NCBI GenBank assembly: GCA_951406725.2
Contig: OX597816.1
Coordinates: forward strand, 14,818,001 to 14,882,000
Length of the DNA stretch: 64,000 nucleotides
Source: Octopus vulgaris
Taxonomy: Eukaryota
Direction: 5' to 3'
Shown: positions 24,084 to 37,949 of the stretch, piece by piece
How the letters are laid out: each line of letters opens with the position of its first letter
Position numbering within the stretch: the first letter of the stretch is position 1
Translations under genes and position numbers: made by a program
Notes under the pieces: model-generated
The model's database searches: none
The model's input: only the letters and a program-made list of their open reading frames with translations
What the model was told of the DNA's origin: nothing

Positions 24084-24914
24084 AGCAAAAGAATAAACGT
24101 ATACACACATGCATGCATATATACACACATGCATGCATATATACATACATTACAGATACACATATGTATATATACATGCTTGACCGCATACATATAGAGA
24201 TTCATAAATGCATTTGGACATACATATGTTCATTATATACATAAACACATATATGGTGGTACAAATGAGCGGAAAAAGACTACTCAAATGCAGTAGAGTT
24301 TATTTAGGGAAGCATCTGTAACTCTACTCAGAGTTTTAGGGTATGTATTATTGAGGGGACAAAAAGATGAATCCCCAAATTGTACCTGATAATATTTTCT
24401 TTAAAAATAACAAAAAAAAAGCATGTGAATACACAGAATTATGTGGTTTGAGATGCACAATGACTGAACAAAAAATAGGGGACAGTTACAACCCCTTCGA
24501 TACCCGATCTGTTCAATCATGAGTAACCTTGGGTTATACTGCCACTAAATTAGTTATACACGTACACACAAACCTATTCATGCACAAAGGTAGTGAGCAA
24601 GCATAATTGTTAGTACGGTGGATAAAATCCTTAGTTGCAATTCTTCCAGTTCTTCAGATTCTGAGTTCAATTCTCACTGAAGTCAACTTTGTCATTCATT
24701 CTTTTTAAAGTCAATAAAATATAGTATTTCTCAAGTACTGGGGTTGATGCTGTTGACTCATCCTGCCCCTGAAATCATCAGCCCTCTACCAAAATTTGAA
24801 ATGATTATTAGAATTCTTATCACACCAACAATTAACAGTGGCTCCAAATTTTGGCACAAGGCTAGCAATTCTAGGAGGAGGAAGCATATATACGAGCCTA
24901 TGTATGAGTATTTG

Positions 24915-25480
24915 TCATTATCATCATCATCGTTTAATGTTCGTTTTCCATGCTAGCATGGGTTGGACGGTTTGACCGGGATCTGGGACACCAGGAGTAT
25001 GCACCAGGTTCCAGTCTGATCTGGCAGTGTTTCTACAGCTGGATCCCCTCCCTAACGCCAACCACCCCGTGAGTTTAGTAGGTGCTTTTTACATGCCACC
25101 AGCACAGGGGCCACAGGAGGCTGGCAATGTCCACAATCGGTTGGTGCTTTGTACGTGCCACCGGCATGGATGTCAGTCAAGGCAGCGCTGGCATCAGCCA
25201 CGTTCGGATGGTGTTTTTTACATGCCACCGGCACGGGTATCACAACTACAATTTCCTTTTGATTTTTATTTTGATGTTGATGTACTTGACTCAATAGGTC
25301 TCCTCAAGCACAGCAGGCCACCCTACCATCCAAGGTAAGCACAGCAGGCCGTCCTGCGATCCAAGGTACATTGGATGGGCTGGGGCTGCTATGTGAAGCT
25401 GGTGCAGGAAACAGCAATGAACTCACATTATTTGTCGGGTCTTCACAGTCACAGCATATCTTCAGAGGTCTCGGTCTTTC
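24915..25480 (-). mobile_element. RTE-derived 3' tail element (family R), longer copy
   Basis: Family R tail extended by further 3' UTR sequence. Confidence 0.8.
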
Positions 25481-25974
25481 ATCATTATATATATGTGTTT
25501 GTGTGTGTGTGTGTGTGTGTGTCCTTATTTATATATGCTAAACTTTATATATATGTGCTCAACTGGTACTTATTTTATTGACCCCGAAAGGTTGAAAGGC
25601 AAAGTTGACAACAACAGAATTTGAAACCCAAAACTTAAAAAGCAAGAAAAAACACTGCAAAACATCTTGACCAACACACTAACAATTCAGCCACGTCACC
25701 GCCTTAATTAGACTGGAATTAATAATAGTACACAAGAAGTAAGAGTATGAAGAAAGTAATTATTAATGCCATTAGCAATTGTAAATTGCAAGTAATTAAA
25801 AGAATTAAATAATTATTTGGAATTATTGTGCAAAGCATCTGTTAAAGGAATAATGTTGCATTGCCAAGAAAACGTTAGCAATGAAGAGAATTATTAGCAA
25901 ATTGGAGAGAATTATTAGCAACAGAATGTGAGTGTATGCAATAAGCTTTTGGCAAATGTGCAAGCGGAGTTTAA

Positions 25975-26178
25975 CCCTTTAGCATTAAAGCTGGCCTCAT
26001 CGGGCCCCAATCTTCAAACTGATCGCATCTGACTTCTCACACCGACCCCATCATGCCATTCTAAAAAGTATACAATCACATCGTTGAAATTGCAAAGCTA
26101 TGAGATAATGCATGATTAATTGAAGACCATGTGAATAGATAGGGATTAGGCTTGAAATATAATCCGAATGCTAAAGGG
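25975..26178. mobile_element. piggyBac-type MITE (family P2), intact
   Basis: TTAA|CCCTTTAGCATT...AATGCTAAAGGG|TTAA. Confidence 0.88.
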
Positions 26179-27174
26179 TTAAGCTATGAAGTAGTCAGAG
26201 ATTATAAGAGGTTTTGGTAACACCGTTAAAGATAAATGACCAACAGTGAGGGAACAAAAGTGAGAGAAAGAGACTAAGCAAAAAAGATCAAGATTTTTTT
26301 AGAAAAGGTGCAAAAATGATGAGAAATTTATTTTTAAAAGTAGCATTCTTAAGTAAGAGAAAAATGACCCCAAAATTATAAAGGTTTATATTTGGTGTTA
26401 GTTAATGAGTTAAAAGTATATTTAATGCTAAATTAGGGAAAGAGATAAAATGAAAGAAAAAAAAAAGATGAATTTGCAGTAGAAATAATCACCATTTTAC
26501 CATTAATCCTCTTTTTCCCATCCTAAAAAGAAAAGGAAAAGCAAAAAGGCTAATAAAAGCAACAGAGATGTTAAAGAAAAGAATAAATAAATAAAAAACA
26601 TTTCTGATGTTTTTCCTGAACAGCAAAAGAAAACAAAAAAAATAAAAGAGATAAGCAATAAATAAAACATTCGTAAAAGAATGCAAGAGGGAAAAAACTG
26701 TCATATAGAATATATAAATTAATTAGTCATGATTGTTGCTTTCCCCTTAAGCAAGGATTTCAACTCACAACGATAAAGTCACCAAACTAGAATATATTAT
26801 TTATATATTATAAATATTAATTACATCCTTCGTTCAACGTATATAATTAACCTAACTCAACCAAATAAAAGAAAATACATTTTATGTAAAGTACAAGTGT
26901 GGCTTTGTGATTAAAAAGTTTGTTTCTCCAACCACATGGTTTCAGGTTCAGTCCCTCTGCGTGGCACCTTGGACAGATGTCTTCTACAATAGCCCTAGGC
27001 CAACCAGAGCTTTGTGAGTGGATTTGGTAGATGGAAACTGAAAAATGCCCGTCATGTATGTGTGTCTGTGTGTGTCCACTACCAAAGCCTTGTGAGTGGA
27101 TTTGGTAAATGAAAACTGAAAGAAGCCTGTCGTGTGTGTGTATGTTTGTTTGTGTTGCCTTGTTTTGACATCAT

Positions 27175-27636
27175 TTAATCTTTTTTATACCAAACCACTC
27201 CTGGTTCTACCACACCAACTTCCCATTTTAAAGTGATCTAAATTAAAACACTCCATCAAACTTTCATATTAATTTGTATTACATAAACCAGTTTTTTTTT
27301 TTTCTCTCTAGTTTCAGCTCAGAGCTGCGACCATGCTGGTGCACAGCCATTAAAAGGAAGAGAAAGTTGTGACAAAAGAGTCAGCAGAAGTTCGCCATTA
27401 CCTTTTGCCGGAGACACGTGGAGCTTAGGTGTTTCGCTCATACACACACACACATATCGCCTGGTCTGAGATTCGAACCTGCAATACCTCGACCGCAAGT
27501 CCGCTGCTCTAACCACTAGGCCATGAGCGTATGTTTAATAACGATCATGTTATTTTACTGAATTCTTTATTATTGTAAAAATTAATCGAAACAAGGATTT
27601 TGTCTTTCAAAGCGAATATGGTAACAAAAGAGTTAA
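27175..27636. mobile_element. Old P1-related MITE interrupted by a minus-strand tRNA-derived SINE (27318-27528)
   Basis: Ends in ggtaacaaaagagttaa. The inserted SINE has a head reading ctcatggcctagtggttagagcagcggacttgcggtc..ggttcgaatc. Confidence 0.6.
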
Positions 27637-27891
27637 TTGCAGTAAATGAATGGCATTCATGTCCAATATTCTGTGGAACGTGTCTGGCCATCGAGAAATA
27701 TTACTTTGCAAGGAAGCAAGTTACAGTTAGCAATAGAAAAGCCATCTGGCCACAGAAAATCAGCTTCAATATACTCCACCTTACCCATGTATGCGTAAGA
27801 AAGTAGATGTTAAAATAATAATCAAACAAACATCAGCTAGAAAAGTAAAAAATAGATAATTAAAACTTTTTATATGTTTTATACATTTAAT

Positions 27892-28190
27892 ATATTTCTT
27901 TATTAACCACACAGGGCTGCACACAGATGGGACAAATTACAAAGCAGAGCTTTTCTTTTTGGGGAGAGGAAAAGAAATGTGGGGTAGGTTTTCGATTAAA
28001 AGGGATTGTAAAAAGGAAAGAAAAAAAACTATCAATAGGGATCGTGTATCACAGAAATGTCATGATGTAAAGTGTAAAGGGTGAAGCAGATAAGGTTTAT
28101 CTGTGGAAAAAAAAGCCTTCGGAAAAGACCACGGTAACCTCGGTCAATAATGTCACATGTTAACACATTTATTTGCAAGTAAGTAACTCT
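27892..28190 (-). mobile_element. Probable LINE 3' UTR fragment sharing its terminus with SINE family B
   Basis: Ends tttgtcccatctgtgtgcagccctgtgtggttaataaagaaata, versus the SINE B unit end tttgtcccctctatgtttagccccctgtgggcaataaagaaata. Confidence 0.55.
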
Positions 28191-28382
28191 CTGTTTTATA
28201 CATTTAATACACTCATTCTATACACCCATTCTTCATACTCACTAACCAGACATTCTCTCGAAACCAACACAGATGTTTTCCTTGTTCTTGATAAGTATAA
28301 TTTTTCTTGTAGACCACAATATAAAGTGTGGATCGCATACAAAAGTAGAACCTGTTGATTCTTATATGGAATGGTAAGCAGT

Positions 28383-28958
28383 TTAACCCTTTTGTTACTG
28401 TATTTATTTTGAGATGCTCTGTGGTTCTTTCAATTACATTAAATCATCATCATCATCATCATCATCGTTTAGCGTCCGCTTTCCATGCTAGCATGGGTTG
28501 GATGGTTCAACTGGGGTCTGGGAAGCCCGAAGGCTGCACCAGGCCCAGTCTGATCTGGCAATGTTTCTACGGCTGGATGCCCTTCCTAACGCCAACCACA
28601 ACCTCTCCATGAGTGTAGTGGGTGCTTTTTAATGTGCCACCGGCACAGGTGCCAGACAAGGCTGGCAAACGGCCATGATCGGATGGTGCTTTTTACCTGC
28701 CACTGGCATGGAGGCCAGGCGAGGCTGGCAATGGCCACGATCGGATGGTGCTTTTTACGTGCCACCGGCACAGAAGCCAGTTGGGGCGGGGGCAGTCAAA
28801 GAATTTAGTAAAATTGCTTGGTTATCATTAAGCTAGTGTTAGGAACATAAATTGTGACTAAGGTTTGGTGGAAGATTTTAATTCAAAACTTATGTAAATA
28901 AGACATTTGTACTTAGAGCCAGAGCCGGTTTCAGGCGGGTTGGTAACGAAAAGGTTGA
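28383..28958. mobile_element. P1 MITE (reverse orientation) interrupted by a family R tail (28444-28795)
   Basis: ttaacccttttgttactg...ggtaacgaaaaggttga; the two halves match 4178-4397. Confidence 0.8.
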
Positions 28959-29179
28959 ATGTGAATTAATTCAATACAGGCTGCTATGGAGACTTGAGCA
29001 TTGCTATAAGAATTTGGAAGAAGGGTTTCCATTATTTCCCTAAGTAGAGGAGAAAGTTGTTTAAAAAAGAGGCTATTAATTGAGTTTATTAAATCTGGTG
29101 GGAGAGAAAGCAAAGATGACCTAGCAGGATTTGAACTCATAACAGAGTCATGGGTGAATGTAGGTAGTGTAACTGTGTG

Positions 29180-29917
29180 TGTAGATACATAGATATGAAC
29201 ATATACACAAACTTACATACATACATATATATATATGCACACAAAGATATATATATATATATATACACATACATGAATATACATATATAAATATATACAC
29301 ATACACACAAATATACATATATATATACACATACACAAAATATACATATATATATACACATACACACAAATATACATATATATATACACATACACACAAA
29401 TATACATATATATATATACACATACACAAATATACCAGGTGGTGCTATTAAGTTAGACAATAATGGCCGAAACCTATCAAAGTATCAAAGTATATACACA
29501 AATATACATATATATGTACACATACACAAATATATATATATATATATATATACACATACACAAATATACATATATATATATACATACACAAATATACATA
29601 TATATATACATACACAAATATACATATATATATATACATACATACACAAATATACATATATATATACACATACACAAATATACATATATATATATACACA
29701 TACACAAATATACATATATATATATACACATACACAAATATACATATATATATATACACATACACAAATATACATATATATATACACATACACAAATATA
29801 CATATATATATATACACATACACAAATATACATATATATATACACATACACAAATATACATATATATATACACATACACAAATATACATATATATATATA
29901 TACACACACACACATAT

Positions 29918-29958
<41 letters not shown>

Positions 29959-29960
29959 AT
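29180..29960. repeat. Microsatellite-derived minisatellite, unit about 26-30 bp (cacatacacaaatatacata(ta)n)
   Basis: Directly visible. Confidence 0.95.
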
Positions 29961-30000
29961 CATATATAAATATACATTATTTATATATAAACATATACAT

Positions 30001-30031
<31 letters not shown>

Positions 30032-30739
30032 CTATATAGAATAACCTGGAGACAGGATGTGGCTAACGACAATCATATGAGCAGTAATTAATCAAAATTA
30101 GAGATACTCGTGACATGACAACTCTCTTTATCATGAATGAAACTTAATGGACAGCATGCCTCTTGGCTGTCTCTTGCACACACACACACACACACACATA
30201 ATATCATGTTGTATCGTATGCATATGAAGGCACATGGCTTAGTGGTTACGGTATTAAGCTGACAAACAAAGTCAATGAGTTCAAATCCCAGCAGCACAAT
30301 GTGTCCCTGAGCAAGATCCTTTATTTCACGTCGTTCTTGTCTACACACCAGACAGAAATGGGTTGAACCTGTATTTCAAAGGGGCCAACCTTGTTATCTT
30401 CCATGTCACCACCTTGAATCTCATTGAGAACTACATTAAGGGTACACGGGTCTGTGGTGTACTCAACCACTTGCACATTAATTTCAAGAGCAGGTTGTTC
30501 CGTTGATCGGATCAAGTGCGACCCCTGTTGTTGAAACTGACGGAGTTCCCACAGATTATGTGCACAGGCAAGCTGATGCCAGAGTGTTAATCCTTTTCTA
30601 ATCTTCATATTTTGGTAAATATTGTAGTTCCACTCATTCTCTGAGATTTCTTACCATCACTGCTGCAAGAACTCATTAATAATTGCAGCAGGAGTGGCAT
30701 TTAACTGTTCAGCATCATTTCTTTTTTCAGTGGGAGATG

Positions 30740-31400
<661 letters not shown>

Positions 31401-31459
31401 GTGAAAAGTTCCAACTATGACAGCAGAACAACAAATAGAAATTCTAAGAGTCAACCGAA

Positions 31460-31820
31460 TGAATACAAAACTCTATTCCCATCTTTGAAATGTTTGATAT
31501 ATAGAAAAGGTGAAAGCTTCTCAACCATGCACCCGCTGCAAACTGCAGGTGCACAAGAGATGCAGTGAGATCACAAACAGGCCAAGAGACAAGTGGTGCT
31601 TGGCAAGAAGATATATGCCAAAATAGTGAAAGGAATTCTTTCAACTGCAAAAATGGTCTCCTGTCCATATTTGGCAGCTTCTGTGATGAAGCTGGGGGAG
31701 TGGATGTTCCGAAAGAATGGTAACCAGGATAAGAACAGGATGGAGAGGTGTTCAGGGAGCTATCATCTCTGCTGCTTACACAGAAGTTCTCTGTCCAGTT
31801 GAAGGGCAGACTGTATATAA
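31460..31820 (+). mobile_element. Old RTE LINE fragment (Cys-rich insert region)
   Basis: CTRCKLQVHKRCSEIT..MVTRIRTGWR..FRELSSLLL, homologous to 60-670. Confidence 0.7.
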
Positions 31821-32082
31821 GTTCATGTACTTTTTAGGTTTTAGTTTTCATTTGTCTGTTATTAGATTGTGGCCATGCTGGAGCACAACCTTGAAGAATT
31901 TTTAGTCAAATGAATCAACCCCCAGTACTTATTTGAATTTTTTAAACCATGGTACTTATTCTATTGGTGTCTTTGCCCTACTATAAAGTCACGGGGATGT
32001 AAACACACCAACAACAGTTGTTAAGCAGTGGTGGGAGACAAATACAGACACACATTATTATATGTCTATATATATATATATA

Positions 32083-32286
32083 TGTGTGACCGTGTGTACT
32101 GTTGGCGATTTTTTTTCCTCCGTCTTCCCTTCTTTGGATCTTTCCTTTTCCTATATTTCTAACGAAGAGCTCCGCTCGAAACGTTAAACCCTCCTTCTTT
32201 TCTGAGCGTCCAATAACACTATACTAGTTCCACGTCCTTGCGTTGTTGTGTTTTCTCTTTGTGTTTTCATATTTGGATTAACTAAC
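32083..32286 (+). mobile_element. Short element with hammerhead-like motif (Penelope-type, inferred)
   Basis: Sits in (TA)n; carries the motif at 32155-32189. Confidence 0.55.
32155..32189 (+). ncRNA. Putative minimal type I hammerhead ribozyme (one core mismatch)
   Basis: ATTT-CTAACGA-A-GAGC-tcc-GCTC-GAA-AC-GT-T-AAAC: helix I TTT/AAA, helix II GAGC/GCTC, palindromic helix III ACGT. Confidence 0.55.
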
Positions 32287-32290
32287 TCTC

Positions 32291-32661
32291 TCTATATATA
32301 AACGGCAGTTTGTCTGTGCGTCTGTTTGCTTGTACCCTCACCCTGACCACGACTTTCAACCGATTCTGATGAAACTTGACACACACATAGCCCAATGTCA
32401 TAATTCAAAACTAACGCACCAAAAATTTTGAAAAGTTCCCCCAGTTCTGAAAAAAATCGATAAATTCGACATGGGGTCGAGAATCAGAAACACAAACCAC
32501 AAACTGTCTAGGGGACGCAACTCCACCTTTTTTAACTCTCAAAAAAAATTTACCATCATTTTCTTTTTCCATTTTTTTGCTATTTTTTGGCTATAACTCT
32601 CTAAAAATGCTTTATAGTTATTTCCCTTACAAACCTGAGCAACGCCGGGCGATACTGCTAG
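32291..32661 (+). mobile_element. Non-autonomous Helitron
   Basis: TC start; ends aaacctgagcaacgccgggcgatactgCTAG|T. Confidence 0.75.
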
Positions 32662-32862
32662 TATATATATATATATATATATATATACATACACACATAG
32701 GGTTATGACAGGTAATGGTGTCAGTAAGACCCAAAGGTGTCAGGTAATGCTGGGTAAGTGTTAGGGATATAATAAATACCCTGGAAACAGCTGTAAGACC
32801 TATTTATAAGTGTTCTAAAATCTTCACAGCCTTTGTTTTTTATCTTATTCTGAAAAAAAAAT

Positions 32863-32896
<34 letters not shown>

Positions 32897-33049
32897 ATGG
32901 GCTGTTTTTAATTTCTATCTACCAAATCTACCAACAAGACTTTGGTCAACCTGAGACCAAAATAGAAAACATGACATTTGCCCAAAGTGCCACACAGCAG
33001 AATTGAAACCCAGAACCATGTGGTTGGAAAGCAAGCTTCTCACTATACA

Positions 33050-33370
33050 ACAAGGTAGCGAAACAAAGGCTTTGAATATTCAGGATGTGTGACAACTAGA
33101 AAGAAGTGAGAGAACCAAGCTTGGCTGGATGTGTTACTTTTAGCGTTCATAATAGATGAAGCACAAATAAGTCGAGTGAAAATCTGGGTAATAAAGGAAT
33201 TAGTTGTCATGTGTGAGAGAACAGTTTTGTGTGAGTATAGACATATGACGTGTATAGACCGTAACAGTTGGTTTAACGAAGTACTGGAGCAATCCAAGTA
33301 GACGTTACCTACAGACGAGGAAGACCAGGGGAAATATGGAACAGGGTGAACTCAGGGTTCTGAAACTCAT
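33050..33370 (+). mobile_element. Old RTE LINE fragment
   Basis: ALNIQDV*QLERSERTKLGWMC..RRGRPGEIW. Confidence 0.65.
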
Positions 33371-34585
33371 AAGGAAATAACAAAGGGTTGGAAGCAAGTA
33401 GCGAGATGCTTTTGCCGAACTGCTAAGTTACGGGGACGTAAACACACCAGAATCGGTTGTCAAGCGATGTTGGGGGGGACAAACACAGACATATACACAC
33501 ATGTACATATATATATATATACATATATATATACACACATATATACGATGGGCTTCTTTCAGTTTCTGTCCAGCAAATCCACTCACAAGGCATTGGTCGG
33601 CCCGAGGCTATAGTAGAAGACACTTGCCCAAGGTGCCACGCAGTGGGATTGAACACGGAATCATGTGGTTCGTAAGCAAGCTTCTTACAACACAGCCACT
33701 CCTGTGCCTATAATTGATGCTGTGCTGGAGAAAATTCATACAAATTATACAAGTATTGAATCCAGGAATATAATATTGATGGTGGATCTTGTTGTCATCA
33801 TGGTTGTCATTGAGATAAATATCATAAACAGGATATTATATGTATTGTAGTCCTGAAATATCTTAAATAACATATAATCCAGCAATATCCAGCCCAAATA
33901 TTCCATGTGCTTTAGGTTGAAACTGACCAGATCCAACCTTTCACACCTACCCTACAATGTCATTTTTTAAAAACTTACAAATACACCATTTAAATCTTGA
34001 AGCCAAAAGATTAAAGTGTGATGACTCAAAAGACTGAATAAATAAGAAATACATTTGACAAAGAAATCTGAATGCTAATAACTTTTTAATTATGGACTTA
34101 CAGGAAAAATAAATTTCATTTTTATAATTAGTATACAAAACTTAATTCATACACCAAATTTGAAAACAATTGGAACTAAACTGTAGACAAGGACCAAAAC
34201 CACAAAGATCCCATTTCCTCACTGTTTCATTTGGATTTCTTTCCAATGTCACCTTCATCCATTTTACAAGAATATCTCAGCTTAGTTTATCTGATGTAAT
34301 GCAAGCCTAATTCTATTCATAAATTTCATGCTCCACCCAGTTAACGTATATAAGATTTGAGATATGTTACATCTACTTGTTTATGAAGCTTTTGTTCTAT
34401 TTGAATGAATGACAAGTTCATTCATGCATAACACACATATCCAAGTCCATTAATCTTACTCTAATTTCTCATACATGGTGACAATATATCATGCAAAACT
34501 TATTTCTAGCTTTTTCTCAGCTGATTCATTTCATTTCTACCAGTAGCTCACGTAGCATTACTAACAAAGAAAAGCCCTCTCTCAT

Positions 34586-35690
34586 TATCATCATCATCAT
34601 CATTAATGTCTGCTTTCCATGCTAGGATGGGTTGGACGATTTTGACTGAGGGCTGGCGAACCAGATGGCTGCACCAGGCTCACGCTTTTGACTGAGGGCT
34701 GGCGAACCAGATGGCTGCACCAGGCTCATGATTTTGACTGAGGGCTGGCGAACCAGATGGCTGCACCAGGCTCACGATTTTGACTGAGAGCTGGCGAACC
34801 AGATGGCTGCACCAGGCTCACAATTTTGACTGAGGGCTGGCGAACCAGATGGCTGCACCAGGCTCATGATTTTGACTGAGGGCTGGCGAACCAGATGGCT
34901 GCACCAGGCTCACGATTTTGACTGAGAGCTGGCAAACCAGATGGCTGCACCAGGCTCATGATTTTGACTGAGGGCTGGCGAACCAGATGGCTGCACCAGG
35001 CTCATGATTTTGACTGAGGGCTGGCGAACCAGATCGCTGCACCAGGCTCACAATTTTGACTGAGGGCTGGTGAACCAGATGGCTGCACCAGGCTCACGAT
35101 TTTGTCTGATGGCTGGCGAACCAGATGGCTGCACCAGGCTCACAATTTTGACTGAGGGCTGGCGAACCAGATGGCTGCACCAGGCTCACAATTTTGACTG
35201 AGGGCTGGCGAACCAGATGGCTGCACCAGGCTCACGATTTTGACTGAGGGCTGTCAAACCAGATGGCTGCACCAGGCTCATGATTTTGACTGAGGGCTGG
35301 CGAACCAGATGGCTGCACCAGGCTCACGATTTTGACTGAGAGCTGGCGAACCAGATGGCTGCACCAGGCTCACGATTTTGACTGAGGGCTGGCGAACCAG
35401 ATGGCTGCACCAGGCTCACAATTTTGACTGAGGGCTGGCGAACCAGATGGCTGCACCAGGCTCACGATTTTGACTGAGGGCTGGCGAACCAGATGGCTGC
35501 ACCAGGCTCACGATTTTGACTGAGGGCTGGCGAACCAGATGGCTGCACCAGGCTCCAATCTTGATCTGGCAGAGTTTCTACAGCTGAATGTCCTTCCTAA
35601 CACCAACCACTCCGAGAGTGTAGTGGGTGCTTTTTACGTGCCACCGGCATGGGGGCCAGTAAGGCGGTACTGGCAACGACCTCACTCAAA
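34586..35690 (-). mobile_element. Family R tail with internal tandem expansion
   Basis: Normal R sequence lies on both sides of the array. Confidence 0.85.
34636..35555. repeat. Minisatellite, 20 x 46 bp (acgattttgactgagggctggcgaaccagatggctgcaccaggctc)
   Basis: Head-to-tail units with no spacers and only a few recurring variant positions. Confidence 0.97.
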
Positions 35691-35934
35691 TCTCTCTTCA
35701 GCATATTGAATAATACACAGCTGAAAACAAATGTCATGATCTGATATTTAGGTACAGATGCGGCTGCATCATAAGACATTTGCTTCTAAACCACATCGTT
35801 GTGGATTCAGTTCTACTACATGGCACTTTGGGCAAGTGTCTTCTACTATAACCCGAGATCAACCATAGCCTTGTGAGTGGATTTGATTGATGGGAACTGT
35901 GGAAACTGAAAGAAGCCCTTAGTACATATATTCT

Positions 35935-36262
35935 TCTACTTACTTGTACTTGTGACGGCGTTCACCCAGGGTGGGTTGAGCCGGATTCTTCTCAGGTCCT
36001 AACGGCATCACGAACCATGGCGGCCCACGTTCGACGGTCCCGTGCGACGTCACTGGAGATAGCAAGCCATTCGCGGTTCCATCTGCGCAGACCGACCACC
36101 AGCGGACTTGAGAGTTCGGAGAGGTCCTCCTTTATCGTCATTACCCAGGTCTTCAGCTGCCCGCCCGTGCGTTTGCGCCAGCTAGGAAGTGGATGTGGAA
36201 GGAAGACATTGCAAATCAGCTCACCCTCTGGACGCCGGGCCGCATGACCGAACCACCTTTGT
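35935..36262 (-). mobile_element. RTE-clade LINE 3' end, distinct GC/CpG-rich family
   Basis: RWFGHAARRPEGELI..WRKRTGGQLKTW..GLRRWNREWL..ARDRRTWAAMVRDAV*, short UTR and (CAAGTA)n tail. Confidence 0.9.
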
Positions 36263-36802
36263 TTCATATATTCATGCATGTATGTTTGTGTCTCTTTCTC
36301 CTGACACCACCTGATAGTCGTAAATGAGTGTCACTGTCATACCAGCGGTGTCATTCATTTCTAATTTTCTGTGAAAACGAGCTTTGCCATGGGGAAATAA
36401 TACCTTGCTTGAAAACAAGTGAGGGTTAGCAGCAGGAAAGGCATCTGGCTTTAGAAAATCTACCTCAATAAAATCCATCCGATTCATGCAAGCATGGAAG
36501 AAATGGGTGTTCAAATGATGGTAAGCTTGTGTCTCTAGTGCTCATCTTTTTCATTTTTTGTCTTTTATTTTTGTTTCAGTCATTTGGCTACAGCCATGCT
36601 GGAGCACCGCCTTGAGGAATTTTTAGTCAAATGACTCGACCCCCGGCACATATATTTATTTTTTGTACAAGCTTGGTACTTATTCTACTGATCCCTTTTG
36701 CTGAACTGCTAAGTTACAGCAGGGACATAAATACATCAACAGTGGTTGTCAAGTGGTGGTGGTGAGGAACAGACACACAAATATATATCACTCTTTTTTT
36801 TT

Positions 36803-37193
36803 CACTCTTTTTACTTGTTTCAGTCATTTGACTGCGGCCATGCTGGAGCACCGCCTTTAGTCGAGCAAATTGACCCCAGGACTTATTCTTTGGAAGCCTA
36901 GTACTTATTCTATCGGTCTCTTTCGCCATACCGCTAAGTTATGGGGATGCAAACACACCAGCATTGGTTGTCAAGCGATGTTGGGGAGACAAGCACAGAC
37001 ACAAACACACATATATATATATACATATATACGACAGGCTTCTTTCAGTTTCCATCTACCAAATCCACTCACAAGGCTTTGGTCAGCCCGAGGCTATAGT
37101 AGAAGACACTTGCCCAAGGTGTCACGCAGTGGAATTGAACCCGGAACCATGGGGTTGGTAAACAAGCTACTTACCACACAGCCACTCCTGCAC
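36803..37193 (-). mobile_element. SINE family A, full length
   Basis: Reverse complement of 38941-39348. Confidence 0.9.
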
Positions 37194-37949
37194 TTATATA
37201 TATATATATATACACACATGTATATATAGTGGCAAACTCCGGATGAATGGTAACAGTAATCCGTAGGTGTAAAAATCTAGGAATTGGTTATCCAAGTCAG
37301 TCAGACACCAGGCTTCTTTCAGTTTCCATCAACCAAATCCATCCACTCACAAGGCTTCGGTTAGCCTAAGATGCCCAAAACACTCACCCAAGACACAATG
37401 CAGTGGGACGGAACCCAGAACCATGTGGCTGTGAGACAAGCTACTTACCACACAGCCATGTGTGGTTTAGTTACTTCTGCTTTGTCTCAGAGAATTTTTT
37501 TTTTTTTCATGTATCTACCCAAAAATCTGCTGTCGGTACTGAAGCAACACTGATGCAAGAATTTTAGACAGACATGAGCAATATAACATGTACATCAGAG
37601 TCGAGTTTGTTTCGTGGGAGAATCAGGTTCTGCTTGGGCAATTATCTGTGTTTTTGCACTCGATGTCACCCACACACATTTGGCTACAATGCTGACATTC
37701 ATAGAGACTGACACAGCTAAGCTGGCCTACATAACTCATTTATTTGCTAGCATGTGTAGTGTAGCATAAAATGTGTGTGTATGTGTGTGTGTGTGTGTGT
37801 GTGCTGTGATTTTCATGTCCAGAACCAGATTTTGAAAGTAAATCACACACATGTTTTTTGTTATGTCTTTCGAATAAAAACTTGCACCTTACCTATTAGA
37901 ATATACACTGGATATCAGAACTAGCGAGCTGGAAGTCACCCGTATTACA

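Noticed and set aside
34636-35555. CRISPR-like array
   Set aside because: Units are contiguous with no unique spacers, they derive from a retroelement tail, and there are no cas genes in this eukaryotic context.
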